A stretch of DNA of 64,000 nucleotides from Octopus vulgaris. Taxonomy: Eukaryota. Positions 54,025-64,000 of the stretch are shown in pieces. The first letter of the stretch is position 1. Each line of letters begins with the position of its first letter. The stretch lies in NCBI GenBank assembly GCA_951406725.2, contig OX597830.1, positions 52,514,001 through 52,578,000 of the forward strand, written 5' to 3'. The notes under the pieces were generated by a model. It had not been told where the DNA came from. It was given only the letters and a program-made list of their open reading frames with translations, and ran no database searches. The position numbers and the translations under genes were made by a program.

Positions 54025-54500
54025 ATCTGTAAGTGTAATATGTGACAATTATTCGGTAGCCAAGATAAAACTCTGAGTTTCGGATGCCAAGGTGGAAATT
54101 CACACCACCATCTCTTCAGTTATCTGGCCATCGGAAAAACGCTATGAAAAATGACCTTCCATATTGAATTCTTCTGCGTGGTAGAGTCCTCAACCGATAT
54201 CTGGTGATTATCCAAAAAAAAGCTGTATTAGCTCTTAGGGAAGAATAGCGGCGTTCGGGAGGTAATTTACCACACAGAAGAATTCAATATGGACCAGGTC
54301 ATTTTTCAAAGCGTTTTTCCTATGGCCAGATAATTGAAGAGATGGTGGTGTGGATTTCTACCTCGGCATCCAAAACTCAGAGTTTTATCTTGGCTACCAA
54401 ATAATTGTCACATATTACATTTACAGATAAATTCCTCTATTTACATAATATTGAGGTCTCTTTCTTTCTTTTGTTATCTTACCATTTTTACCAATATATA
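54025..54500. mobile_element. Hairpin + tail element with ~160-bp arms, each carrying an HHR
   Basis: 54025-54184 is the reverse complement of 54268-54428 with ~10 substitutions and a small indel. ~80-bp spacer, tail at 54429-54495, (TA)n on both sides. Confidence 0.85.
54058..54129 (-). ncRNA. Type I hammerhead ribozyme with intact core
   Basis: Minus strand: GCCAGATAA-CTGAAGA-GATGGTGG..CCAC..CATCC-GAAA-CT-CAG-AGTT|TTATCTTGGC. Stem I AGATAA/TTATCT; cleavage triplet GUU. Confidence 0.75.
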
Positions 54501-54504
54501 TATA

Positions 54505-55192
54505 TATGAAGGGAAGTCAAAAATTCTCCACGCTTTCACCATAACATATCTTTATTATTGCCTCACTGTCTTCTGCATATGCGTGCATATAGTTGGTACT
54601 GTTGTGGCTATTGTGGCCACGTGATCAAAGTTTGAGCCTGATTGCACCATTTTCCTTTCTGGCTCTACAGTGTAAGCATGGCCGCTCTGCTAGCGATGTG
54701 CACCAAAGAAGAACAAAGAGCAGTGATCCAATTTCTCTGGTTGGAAGGTGTGTCAGGTGCCGAAATTCATCGGAGGCTTTTAGCAGAATATGGGGTCAGT
54801 GCACTACCATGTAGAAGTGTGTATGAGTGGATCGAGAAGTTTAAAAGTGGTGGGACAAGCATGAAATATGAAGAGGGTGCAAGACGCCCATCAACCTCCA
54901 CCACTGACAAGAAGATTCAGCAAGCTCAAGAGATGATGGGGAACTGGTGAGTTATCATCGATGAGGTAGACATTCTCTGCAGATTAGTCATGGTTCTGCC
55001 TATCAAATTATCCAAGATGCTCCAAGCTTCCATAAGGTCTGTGCAAGATGGGTTCCAAGAGAGCTTACTGCAGAGCACAAGCACAAACACCTTGAGATCT
55101 GCCAACATTTACTTGATCGCTACAACAATGAGGGCAAGGAATTTTTGAGCAGAATAGTCACAGGAGATGAAACATGGGTCCGTCATTATGAG
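54505..55192 (+). mobile_element. Mariner 5' half (HTH to the first catalytic Asp)
   Basis: MAALLAMCTKEEQRAVIQFLWLEGVSGAEIHRRL..ARWVPRELT..IVTGDETWVRHYE, with frameshifts. Confidence 0.9.
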
Positions 55193-56049
55193 GTATTATT
55201 ACATTAGCATCCTCATCTTTTAATGTCTGTTTTTCATGCTGGTATGGGTTGGATGGTTCAACAGAAATCATCGAACCAGAGGATTACACTGAACTCCAGT
55301 GTCTTCTTTGACGTTTCTATGACTGGATGTCCTTTCTACTGTCAGCCACTTTACAGTGCGTACTGACTGCTTTTTCCCATGGTACTAGCACAAGTGAAGC
55401 TACCAAATAATGTGCAAGACAAGATCCTTCAACTGGGTTAGAGTGCAGTATTGAGGGAGGTGGTTTTATGCCAAGTGTTGAAAGGTTAAAGTATGATGGA
55501 GGTACAGGAACAGGTGTCTTGCTGTAGAGGAGATACATGACTAACCTACCTGGAAAGAAAGAAAGAAAGTGAAAAGATGATGATGATGAGGTATGCCCTT
55601 GAGGTACCCAAAGGTGAAAATAAGAGAGAAGTGGAACAGGATTGGACAGTGGTGGGTGAAAAGGGCATTCAGTGGAAAACAAACTGGTAAGGGATGACAT
55701 TGATTAAAGAATAGTGGTTACATGGAAAGTGATAACTGATAGTACAAAAGTGTAATGAAATGTATGCAGTTCTGATCTCATATAATTACAGCAGCAGAAG
55801 AAAAGGTGCCCTAGTTAGAAGAGTGATGGAAGAGTGGGTGTTGAGAAGATTAGTTGTGGTGCAGAGACTTGACAGACACAGATTGAGTGCAGGGGCATAG
55901 ATATAAACAATATGCTTTTAGGACCACTTTTTTGCTGAGAAGGACAGATCTTCTCAAGCACAGCAAGTTACCAATTATTTCAATTCTTAATCATCTTCTC
56001 CATGAGGCTCAACATTCTGAATTCCTTGAATAAAGTAAAAAAATTTCAA

Positions 56050-56560
56050 TATACTATTCAGAGTAAATATTTAACAGCTGGAGTTGTTGTTCTAAGAGTA
56101 TTCCATTACTTAGACTGTCTCTGGTCAGTGTCCAATGACAATCTTCAAACAAGGACAGCTGTTAAACACTTTGATTCAGTATATGAGGTTGTTCATTTTA
56201 CTGACTTCCAGTTTGTCTTGCATATGTGAGAGTGATCTACAGATTATTTAGCAATACATTTGGCTGTTCAGTTGAGTCCAGTAGCTGTCTTACTAAAATT
56301 ACTTAGGAAATATTCATTAATCAGCTCCATTTCTCATATTTGAAATGTCTACTGTTCTGGTAAGGAGGTAGTGTTTCTTGTAATTATAGTGACCGTAGTA
56401 ATTGGCATAAAGAGCACATTTTCTAGAGTATAGATAGACCAGACAATATCAAAGTTGCTAGTATTATTGTACTTTAAGATGCCATATATATCTTGACAAT
56501 GTTGTAGTGTTTCTGTTGTTTTTCTTTGTGTTTAAATCTAGACTTATGTTTCCAGTACTA
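56050..56560 (-). mobile_element. Old Penelope-like endonuclease relic with decayed pLTR
   Basis: Minus strand: KHKSRFKHKEK..RNTTTLSRYIWHLK..NFDIVWSI. Downstream hairpin TTTAACAGCTG/CAGCTGTTAAA encloses TTGAAGA-TTGTC..GACAG. Confidence 0.55.
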
Positions 56561-57229
56561 GATCCTGAAACTGCTCTCATACACTCTGCTATAAGATTTA
56601 GAGTCGTGTGTCTTCAGAAACGTGAGACAATTGATTGTTAGATTAGGGTCTGAGCATTACATAAATTTTAAAGGGGACATAACTCTATTTTAATGATTAC
56701 AGTTATCTCCCCTGTTGGCTAAGTTTACAAAATGTATGTCTTATAGTTGACTCCAGGTTCCTCGACATTTATGAAAGATATTTCCTCTGGTTAAGCAAAG
56801 TAAGTAGTGAGTAATGCCCTCCCAAACGAAAGCTATGAATATTAATTTAACACATGCAATGAAATATATAACTCAATATTAAACAGGCATAATTTCCCTG
56901 ATCCCTTGGGCCCAGTATGTGTGTGTGTGTAATGTGTATGTATGTATGCACAATTGTGTATATGTTTGTATGTGCCCTAGTCTAGACATTACTTGATAGT
57001 TGTAAATAAGTATCATCATTATTCAAGTGAGGTCATTCATTTCCAGTCTTCCACAGAAAATATGGGATCTTTTCGGTTTGAACGGCAGTGTTTTCTAGCG
57101 GTGTCATATGAAATTGTCACCCATAATTATGACCCTAGTATCGATCTATTGCATTTCAATCTGTTTTAGGGTTAGGGTTATGGGTGGGGGAAGGGTATCT
57201 TTTTTTCTTCACAAATGTAAATAAACCCA

Positions 57230-60200
57230 ATCATCATCATCATCATTGTTTAACGTCCGCTTTCCATGCTAGCATGGGTTGGACGGTTCAACTGGGGTCT
57301 GGGAAGCCCGAAGGATGCACCAAGCCAGTCAGATCTGGTGGTGTTTCTACAGCTGGATGCCCTTCCTAACGCCAACCACTCCCTGAGTGTAGTGGGTGCC
57401 TTTTTATGTGCCACCGACACAGGTGCCAGACGAGGCTGGCGAACGTCCACGCTCAGATGGTGCTTTTTACGTGCCACCGGCACGGAGGCCAGGCGAGGCT
57501 GGTACGGCCATGATCGGAGAGTGTTTGTTACGTGCCACCAGCACGAAGGCCAGTCGATACAGTGCTGGCTACGGCCACATTCGGATTGTTCTCTTATGTG
57601 CCACCGGCGCTGGTACCACAAACTACAAATTCCATTGATGTTGATTGATTTCGATTTTGATTCAATTTTTTGATTCTTTGATTTTCACTTGCCTCAACAG
57701 GTCTTCACAAGTAGAGTTATGTGTCCCAAGAAGGAAGGTATGCACAGGTGGACTGACTACATCCCATGTAGGGGCCACGGGTTATGGCCTCACTTGCCCT
57801 TTACACATCCATCGGAGCATACTGGTTTCATTTCTTGCAAGCTTATGCATATCTTCAGCAGTCACAGCCCATGTTTCACTGCCATGTAGCATGGCTGTTC
57901 ATACACATGCGTCATAAAGTCTGCCTTTTACTCTGAGCGAGAGGCCCTTTGTCACCAGCAGAGGTAAAAGCTCTCTGAACTTTGCCCAGGCTATTCTTAC
58001 TCTAGCAGTTACACTTTCAGCACACCCGCTCCCGCTACTGACTTGATCACCTAGGTAATGGAAACTATCAACTATTTCTAGGTTTTCTCCCTGGAATGTG
58101 GCGGAAGATGGTCTCTGCGCATTTTCAGTGTTTATTGCACCAGATCATCTGCCACATACAAAAACTATATTCCTAGTTAGCCTTCCTTTGACATTGCTGC
58201 ACCTCTTATGTGTCCATAGCTTACACTTGGTGCATCTTATAGAGTTCCTACCTACGCCTTTTCTACAGATCGAGCAGGGCCATCTACCTGAAGGCGTTTG
58301 AGATTTGTCTACCTTCCTATTTATTAGGACTTTGGTTTTAGCTAGGTTGACTCTAAGGCCCTTCGATTCTGATCCTTGCTTCCACGTCTGAAACTTCTCC
58401 TCCAGTTCTGATAGTGATTCAGCAATTAGAGCAAGGTCATCAGCATAGAGGAGCTCCCAGGGGCATCCTGTCTTGAATTCCTCCGTTATTGCCTGGAGGA
58501 CTATGATAAATAGGAGGGGGCTGAGGACTGAGCCTTGGTGGACCCCGACCTCTACCCGGAATTCTTCACTGTACTCATTGCCAACCCTCACCTTACTAGC
58601 AGCATCCCTGTACATGGCACACACAGCTCTTACTAACCATTCATCTATCCATAGTTTCCTCATTGACCACCAGATAAGAGAACGGAGGACCCTGTCAAAG
58701 GCTTTCTCCAAGACAACGAAAGCCAGGTACAGAGTTTTATTTTTGGCTAGGTATTTCTCCTGCAGCTGTCTCACCAGAAATATGGCATCAGTGGTGCTTT
58801 TCCCTGGCACGAAACCAAACTGCATCTCGTCCAGGTTGACTCTCTCCCTAATCAGTTGGGCTATGACCCTTTCCGTAACCTTCATTACCTGATCCAACAG
58901 CTTGATACCTCTGTAATTACTTGTATCTAGGGCGTCACCTTCACCTTTGTAGCAGTTGACTATTATGCTACTACACCAGTCATTGGGTATGACTCCTTTG
59001 TGTATCACCTGGTTAACTATACGGGTGACTAGGCTATAGCTGACACTGCCAGATATTTTGAGCATCTCAGCAGTAATTCCTGATGGGCCTGGGGCTTTCC
59101 CTGTCTTCATGCTTCTAATTGCCTTAACTACCATGGAACTGTCAACTCGGATAGCTGGTCCCTCTATTGGGTCGACATTCGGCAGACTCTCTTTATCCCA
59201 TTCATTCTCTTTGTTGAGCAACCTTTCATAGTGGCATCTCCAAACCTCTCTCTTTGCACCCTCATTTAGCGCAAGTGAACCATCATCCATGCGAACACAT
59301 TTCTCTCCTACCACATCACGATTCTCTCTCACACACTGTCTTGCAACACGAAACACCTCAAGTCTTTGGTCCTCACGGCGCAGAACATTGGCAAATTTTT
59401 TCTTATCTACTTCCCCTCTGGCTAAATATATCTGTCTCCTAGCTTCTCTTTTCACAGTCTGATACAATTCCCTATAACCGCCATTCCTCCAGTCCTTCCA
59501 AGCCTGTCTCTTGTCTCTAATAGCCCTGTCTACAACAATGTTCCACCACCACGTTACCCTGAGACGAGATGGGACTTTGCTCCATCCACAGATCTGGTCA
59601 GTGGCTCTCAGCAGATTGTCCCGTAGAAACCTCCAGTTGGCTTCCACATTATGTGATGCTATATCCCCTTCTATTTCGTCAAAAGCTTCGAGTAGGACTT
59701 CTCTAAATCTCCGTCCATTTACAGGATCTTTAAGTTTCCAGACCCTTCTCCTCTGAGCTGGTCTTCTTCTGGGCAGCCATTTGGCCCTGATCCTGAAGTC
59801 GCTAACTACTAATCTATGTTGAGGAGTACATTCCTCGCCTGGGAAGGTTTTAGCATTTCTAAGCAGCCCTCTTTCCCTCTTTCTGGCGAGGATGTAGTCA
59901 ATCTGGCTAGTGTGTCTGCCAGAACGGTAGGTGACTAGGTGAGAGGTGGGTTTCCTGAAGTTGGTATTGCAAATCATAAGGTCATTTGCATCGCAGAACT
60001 CCAGCAGCCTGGTTCCCTCCTCATTGCGAGAACCAAAACCGTAGCTCCCATGTATGCCATGGAAGCCCCCAACATGCCGTCCAACATGTCCATTGAAGTC
60101 ACCTGCCACGAAGAGAAGGTCACTGTCATTTGTCAACGAGGTAGTCTGTAATAGGATGTCATAGAATCGGTCTTTCTGTCCTTCTGGTAGCCCTGGCTGA

Positions 60201-60410
60201 GGGGCATATGCTGAGATAATGGTAGCTGACCTATGATAAAGCACTAGTCTAATCTTAAGTATTCTGTCACATACTCTGACTACCTCGACTACCTTATCAA
60301 CCCATTTCTCTGCAAGAAGTATACCCACGCCCCCGACCCCGTCAGTGTTCCCTGCCCAGAAAATCTTGTACCTGTATTCTTTGCCTGTGGGGAACCTAGC
60401 GGAACCTCCT
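57230..60410 (-). mobile_element. RTE-clade LINE, 5'-truncated, young
   Basis: APE endonuclease and RT ORF, C-terminal domain, 3' UTR with tandem repeats and an (ATG)n tail. Confidence 0.95.
58145..60409 (-). CDS. RTE ORF: AP endonuclease, reverse transcriptase and PHD-like finger (truncated, likely inactive)
   Basis: Motifs SAYAP, GDFNGH, DYIL, YRGIKLL, QFGF, GVHQGSVLSP and YADD. Motif-A Asp is replaced (AFVVLEKAFD). Premature TGA at 58145-58147; homology continues to ~57800. Confidence 0.9.
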   Translation of the reverse strand, partial: GGSARFPTGKEYRYKIFWAGNTDGVGGVGILLAEKWVDKVVEVVRVCDRILKIRLVLYHRSATIISAYAPQPGLPEGQKDRFYDILLQTTSLTNDSDLLFVAGDFNGHVGRHVGGFHGIHGSYGFGSRNEEGTRLLEFCDANDLMICNTNFRKPTSHLVTYRSGRHTSQIDYILARKRERGLLRNAKTFPGEECTPQHRLVVSDFRIRAKWLPRRRPAQRRRVWKLKDPVNGRRFREVLLEAFDEIEGDIASHNVEANWRFLRDNLLRATDQICGWSKVPSRLRVTWWWNIVVDRAIRDKRQAWKDWRNGGYRELYQTVKREARRQIYLARGEVDKKKFANVLRREDQRLEVFRVARQCVRENRDVVGEKCVRMDDGSLALNEGAKREVWRCHYERLLNKENEWDKESLPNVDPIEGPAIRVDSSMVVKAIRSMKTGKAPGPSGITAEMLKISGSVSYSLVTRIVNQVIHKGVIPNDWCSSIIVNCYKGEGDALDTSNYRGIKLLDQVMKVTERVIAQLIRERVNLDEMQFGFVPGKSTTDAIFLVRQLQEKYLAKNKTLYLAFVVLEKAFDRVLRSLIWWSMRKLWIDEWLVRAVCAMYRDAASKVRVGNEYSEEFRVEVGVHQGSVLSPLLFIIVLQAITEEFKTGCPWELLYADDLALIAESLSELEEKFQTWKQGSESKGLRVNLAKTKVLINRKVDKSQTPSGRWPCSICRKGVGRNSIRCTKCKLWTHKRCSNVKGRLTRNIVFVCGR

Positions 60411-61587
60411 AAACGAGGGACATATTCATACGGCACAGAATGTTTTCACCTCAATAGACGTCATTGATTGGATGAAATTGAAGGAAAAGAAACAACAAAT
60501 ATCTCACAAACTATAGAATTTTCTCAATAAAGCCAAGAGAAAAAGATGTTTTATAAACACATTCTACCAGTATACGAAGTTTAAAAGTGTTTAGTTACGT
60601 GGAAATTATTTTAAAAAACTGCCGTTCAAACCGAAAAGATCCAAAATATGTTTCATGGGGAAATATCACCTTGCTTGGAAGTAGGTGAGGCTGTAGAAAA
60701 TCTGCCTTAATGAATTTCATGTGGCCCAAGCAAGCATAGAAATGTAAATATCAAATGATTATATACTAACCCATGCTGATAATAAACCACATGCTGTGGG
60801 TATATCACTACAATACATTAAATATCTTATCATAAAGGCAGAAAATTTTCTACCTTTTAGTCTGAGTCATAGCAGTAATTATGAAGTCAGAGGTACGTGT
60901 GTGTATTACTTAGTTTGGTGTTGGTTGTTGAACTAAATCTTTGAGACAAATTATATTTTATGTGAGTGTATAAAATAGCACTAGTGAAAATAAGATACGT
61001 GGTATATAAAACATAAGTTATGTGGTATACAAGATATATGGTATTTAAAACAAATATTACAATATATGTATTTATGACTTATGAGAATAATGTTTTGCTT
61101 GTTTACAAACATTTGTGGTTCAATCCACACTAATTTTCTTTATTCATATAAAAATTTGGGTGTATATAGATGTATACATCCGAATATACACACACATATC
61201 TATTTTATATATGTTTGTGAGTGTATGTCTGTGTAAGTATTTTTGTAAGTATTTTCTAGGCCATTTGTTGATGATTTACCTCTATAATGCCTATTGCCTA
61301 CCTGAGTATTTTCTCACACACATACACACATTTGTTCTGGTGCCACAACAGGATCCGCATCACCATTTGCTCTTCAAGTGAATGTTGAGCATGACTGCTT
61401 CTTTAGTACTTGTGATATGAATAATGCACACACTGTTAAGTGGTTAGCAAATGGACACAGGAAATGTAAGGTCTGTGATTGAAGGGCATCCAGTCATAGA
61501 AACTAAACCAAAAGACATGAACAAGCACCAATCTGTCAGAGCAATCTATGGCAGTATTTATTGATGATAATGATGTATGTATATTTA

Positions 61588-61631
<44 letters not shown>

Positions 61632-61826
61632 TCTCGGAGTGGTTGGCGTTAGGAAGAGCATCCAGCTGTAGAATCTCTGCCAGATCAAGATTGGAGCCTG
61701 ATGCAGCCATCTGGTTCGCCAGTCCTCAGTCAAAATAATCCAACCCATGCTAGCATGGAAAGCAAATGTTAAACGTTGATGATATATATATATGTGTGTG
61801 TGTGTGTGTGTTAACAATCCTCTCAC

Positions 61827-61878
61827 ATCTCCAATGAAGGGATATAATTAATATATATCCTGGAAACAGCTGTAAGAT
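61827..61878 (+). ncRNA. Minimal type I hammerhead ribozyme, core decayed (CCAAUGA)
   Basis: Stem I ATCT/AGAT; stem II GGATATA/TATATCC; GAAA; palindromic stem III ACAGCTGT; GUA. A short tail then runs into (TA)n. Confidence 0.65.
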
Positions 61879-62299
61879 CCTCTATCTATAAATGTTCTAA
61901 TATCTACACAGCCTTGGTTTTTTTATCTCATTACGCAAAAAATTCTTATATATATATATATAACTGGTACTCTTTCATTTACAACAATGAGGATTCAAGT
62001 TGATCCAATCAACAGAACAGCCAGAACAACCTGCTCATGAAATTAATATGCAAGCAGATGTGCACTCTACAGCATGCTTACCCTTAACAAAGTTCTCAAG
62101 GAAATTCAGTGTGACGCAAGATGTGACAAAGCTGGCCCTTTGAAATACTGGTACTTCTCATTTTTGCCAGCTGAGTAAACTGGAGCAATGTGAAATAAAA
62201 TGTTTTGCTTAAGGACACGGTGCATTGCTGAGAATTGCACTCACAAACTTACAATTGTGAGCCAAAGACCCTTACCACTAAACCATATGCCTTCACGCA

Positions 62300-62610
62300 C
62301 GCACACACACACATATTAGAGAAGATATTTGCAAAGTTCGAGTGGCATTCATTATCTTGGCTGGTGGTTTCAATAATGATGTTGAGCAGTATTATGATGG
62401 CTTTTCTGGAGTACATGGTAGCTATGGACACAGCTCTAGGAATGAGGTGGAATTAAGGCTTCTTGAGTTCTGCAATACAAATGAACTAACCCTCTGTAAC
62501 ACAAACTTCAGCAAATCGACTTGCTACTTGATCACCTTCCATTCAAACAAGCCAGGCAGATTTTATACTCATTAAGAAATATGGTAGATAGATGGTTGTA
62601 AATATTAAGT
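62300..62610 (+). mobile_element. Old RTE endonuclease fragment
   Basis: LAGGFN..GFSGVHGSYGHSSRNEVELRLLEFCNTNELTLCNTNF. Confidence 0.8.
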
Positions 62611-62649
62611 AGAAGGTACAAGGGGCATATATATATATATATGTATATA

Positions 62650-62864
62650 TTCTTTTACTCTTTTACTTGTTTCAGTCATTTGACTGTGGCCATGCTGGAG
62701 CACCGCCTTTTAGTCGAGCAGATCGACCCTAGGATTTATTCTTTGTAAGCCTAGTACTTATTCTATTGGTCTCTTATGCCGAACTGCTAAGTTACGGGGA
62801 CATAAACACACCAGCATCGGTTGTCAAGCGATGTTGTGGGGACAAACACAGACATACAAACATG

Positions 62865-62900
<36 letters not shown>

Positions 62901-63058
62901 CAACGAGCTTCTTTCAGCTTCCATCTACCAAATTCACTCACAAGGCTTTGGTCGGCCCAAGGCTATAGTAGAAGACACTTGCCCAAGGTGCCACGCAGTG
63001 GGACTGAACCCAGAACCATGTGGTTCGTAAACGAGTTACTTACCACACAGCCATGCCT
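62650..63058 (-). mobile_element. Full-length tRNA-derived SINE (34240 family)
   Basis: Reverse complement of 34240-34655. Confidence 0.85.
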
Positions 63059-63081
63059 ATATATATATATATATATATATG

Positions 63082-63210
<129 letters not shown>

Positions 63211-64000
63211 TAGCAGGTAAAAAATATTTACCTGCTAATTAAGAGCTCATATTAAATACTTGTAGGGACACCATATTTTGTTATACAACCATAATATACT
63301 ACAAAGTATATTAAATGATTTACTAGTCAATATTGTTAGCGATGCTATTAAATCACTTTTTAAGGTTATGTCTACAGATTTTCTATAGAAATTCTAGCCA
63401 GCTTGGATTTGTTATGATGCTTCATATCTAAATACACCTAATGTAAACAATGCAAGTGAGGATGAAAAAATAGGTAATTGGTTTATATGAGCTCAGTTAA
63501 TAATAGGTTGTGAAGCTCCAACATCATCATCATTTCATATTTGACTTCCATGCTGGCATGAGTTGGACAATTAGACTGGCCCCAACAGGTTGGTAACTGC
63601 CATCTTGCTCCAATGTTTGAGGCTCTTCCTAATGCCAAACACTTTGCAAAGTGCACTGGATGCATTTTTCATGGAACCAGTTATGGTGAAGTCACCTTGT
63701 AACTTTTAAGACTAAAGTGCAGCCAGATTAGAAAAGGGGAATAAGAGAGAAGGTGGTGACTTCAGGCAATGCATTTAGAAGTTAAAATATGAGAGTAGGA
63801 GCAGGTTTATTGTTGTAAGAGGGTGTCGGTGGAGAGAGTAACAGAAAGGAAAGGTAATTTGGATCTCCAACTTAACATGGAGGCTGTGTTAGAATACAGA
63901 ATACTGTGTTATTTACCTTGAGAGAATCTCTCGTAAGGACTTGTGGTGCATAAGAAGCACTCAAAATTAAATTGTTGACTGAGGCGCAGGAGTGACTGCA

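Larger units (their letters stand above)
57065..60642. mobile_element. MITE (Merlin/Mutator-like) split by the RTE insertion
   Basis: Perfect 25-bp TIR GGATCTTTTCGGTTTGAACGGCAGT. 8-bp TSD AAAATATG at 57057-57064 and 60643-60650. Internal TTAGGG repeats. Confidence 0.85.

Noticed and set aside
54025-54428. A-to-I editing footprint in the arm mismatches
   Set aside because: Four mismatches are CpG->CpA and the HHR core change is C->T, so ordinary deamination explains them.
57165-57185. Telomeric TTAGGG repeats
   Set aside because: Only 2-3 units, internal to a MITE.
60410-60436. N-terminus MPYEYVPRL of the 763-aa ORF
   Set aside because: It starts at a GTG in the flanking MITE; the RTE is 5'-truncated within the endonuclease.

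Overview
AT-rich eukaryotic DNA, dense in repeats. The SINE and RTE-LINE families look like those of octopus genomes; this is recognition from memory, not a database result. No intact cellular protein-coding gene is visible. There are a few candidate spliced exons: minus strand at 33578-33797, 24717-24928 and 20754-20850, and plus strand at 27248-27331. The rest is microsatellites and nested transposons: a non-autonomous Helitron, an Academ-like (XPG-type) transposase relic, several mariner relics, piggyBac-, hAT- and Merlin/Mutator-like MITEs, a Gypsy relic, many RTE LINE pieces (including a 2.3-kb EN-RT-PHD ORF) and several modular tRNA-derived SINE families. The main signal that the ORF track misses is a Penelope-like element (PLE) system. 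It comprises three GIY-YIG endonuclease relics, each followed by a hammerhead ribozyme (HHR) motif (one intact core, one mutated, one only a possible relic), and about eight small non-coding 'hairpin + one-sided tail' elements, several carrying intact or decayed HHRs and many sitting in (TA)n microsatellites. All alignments and folds were done by eye.
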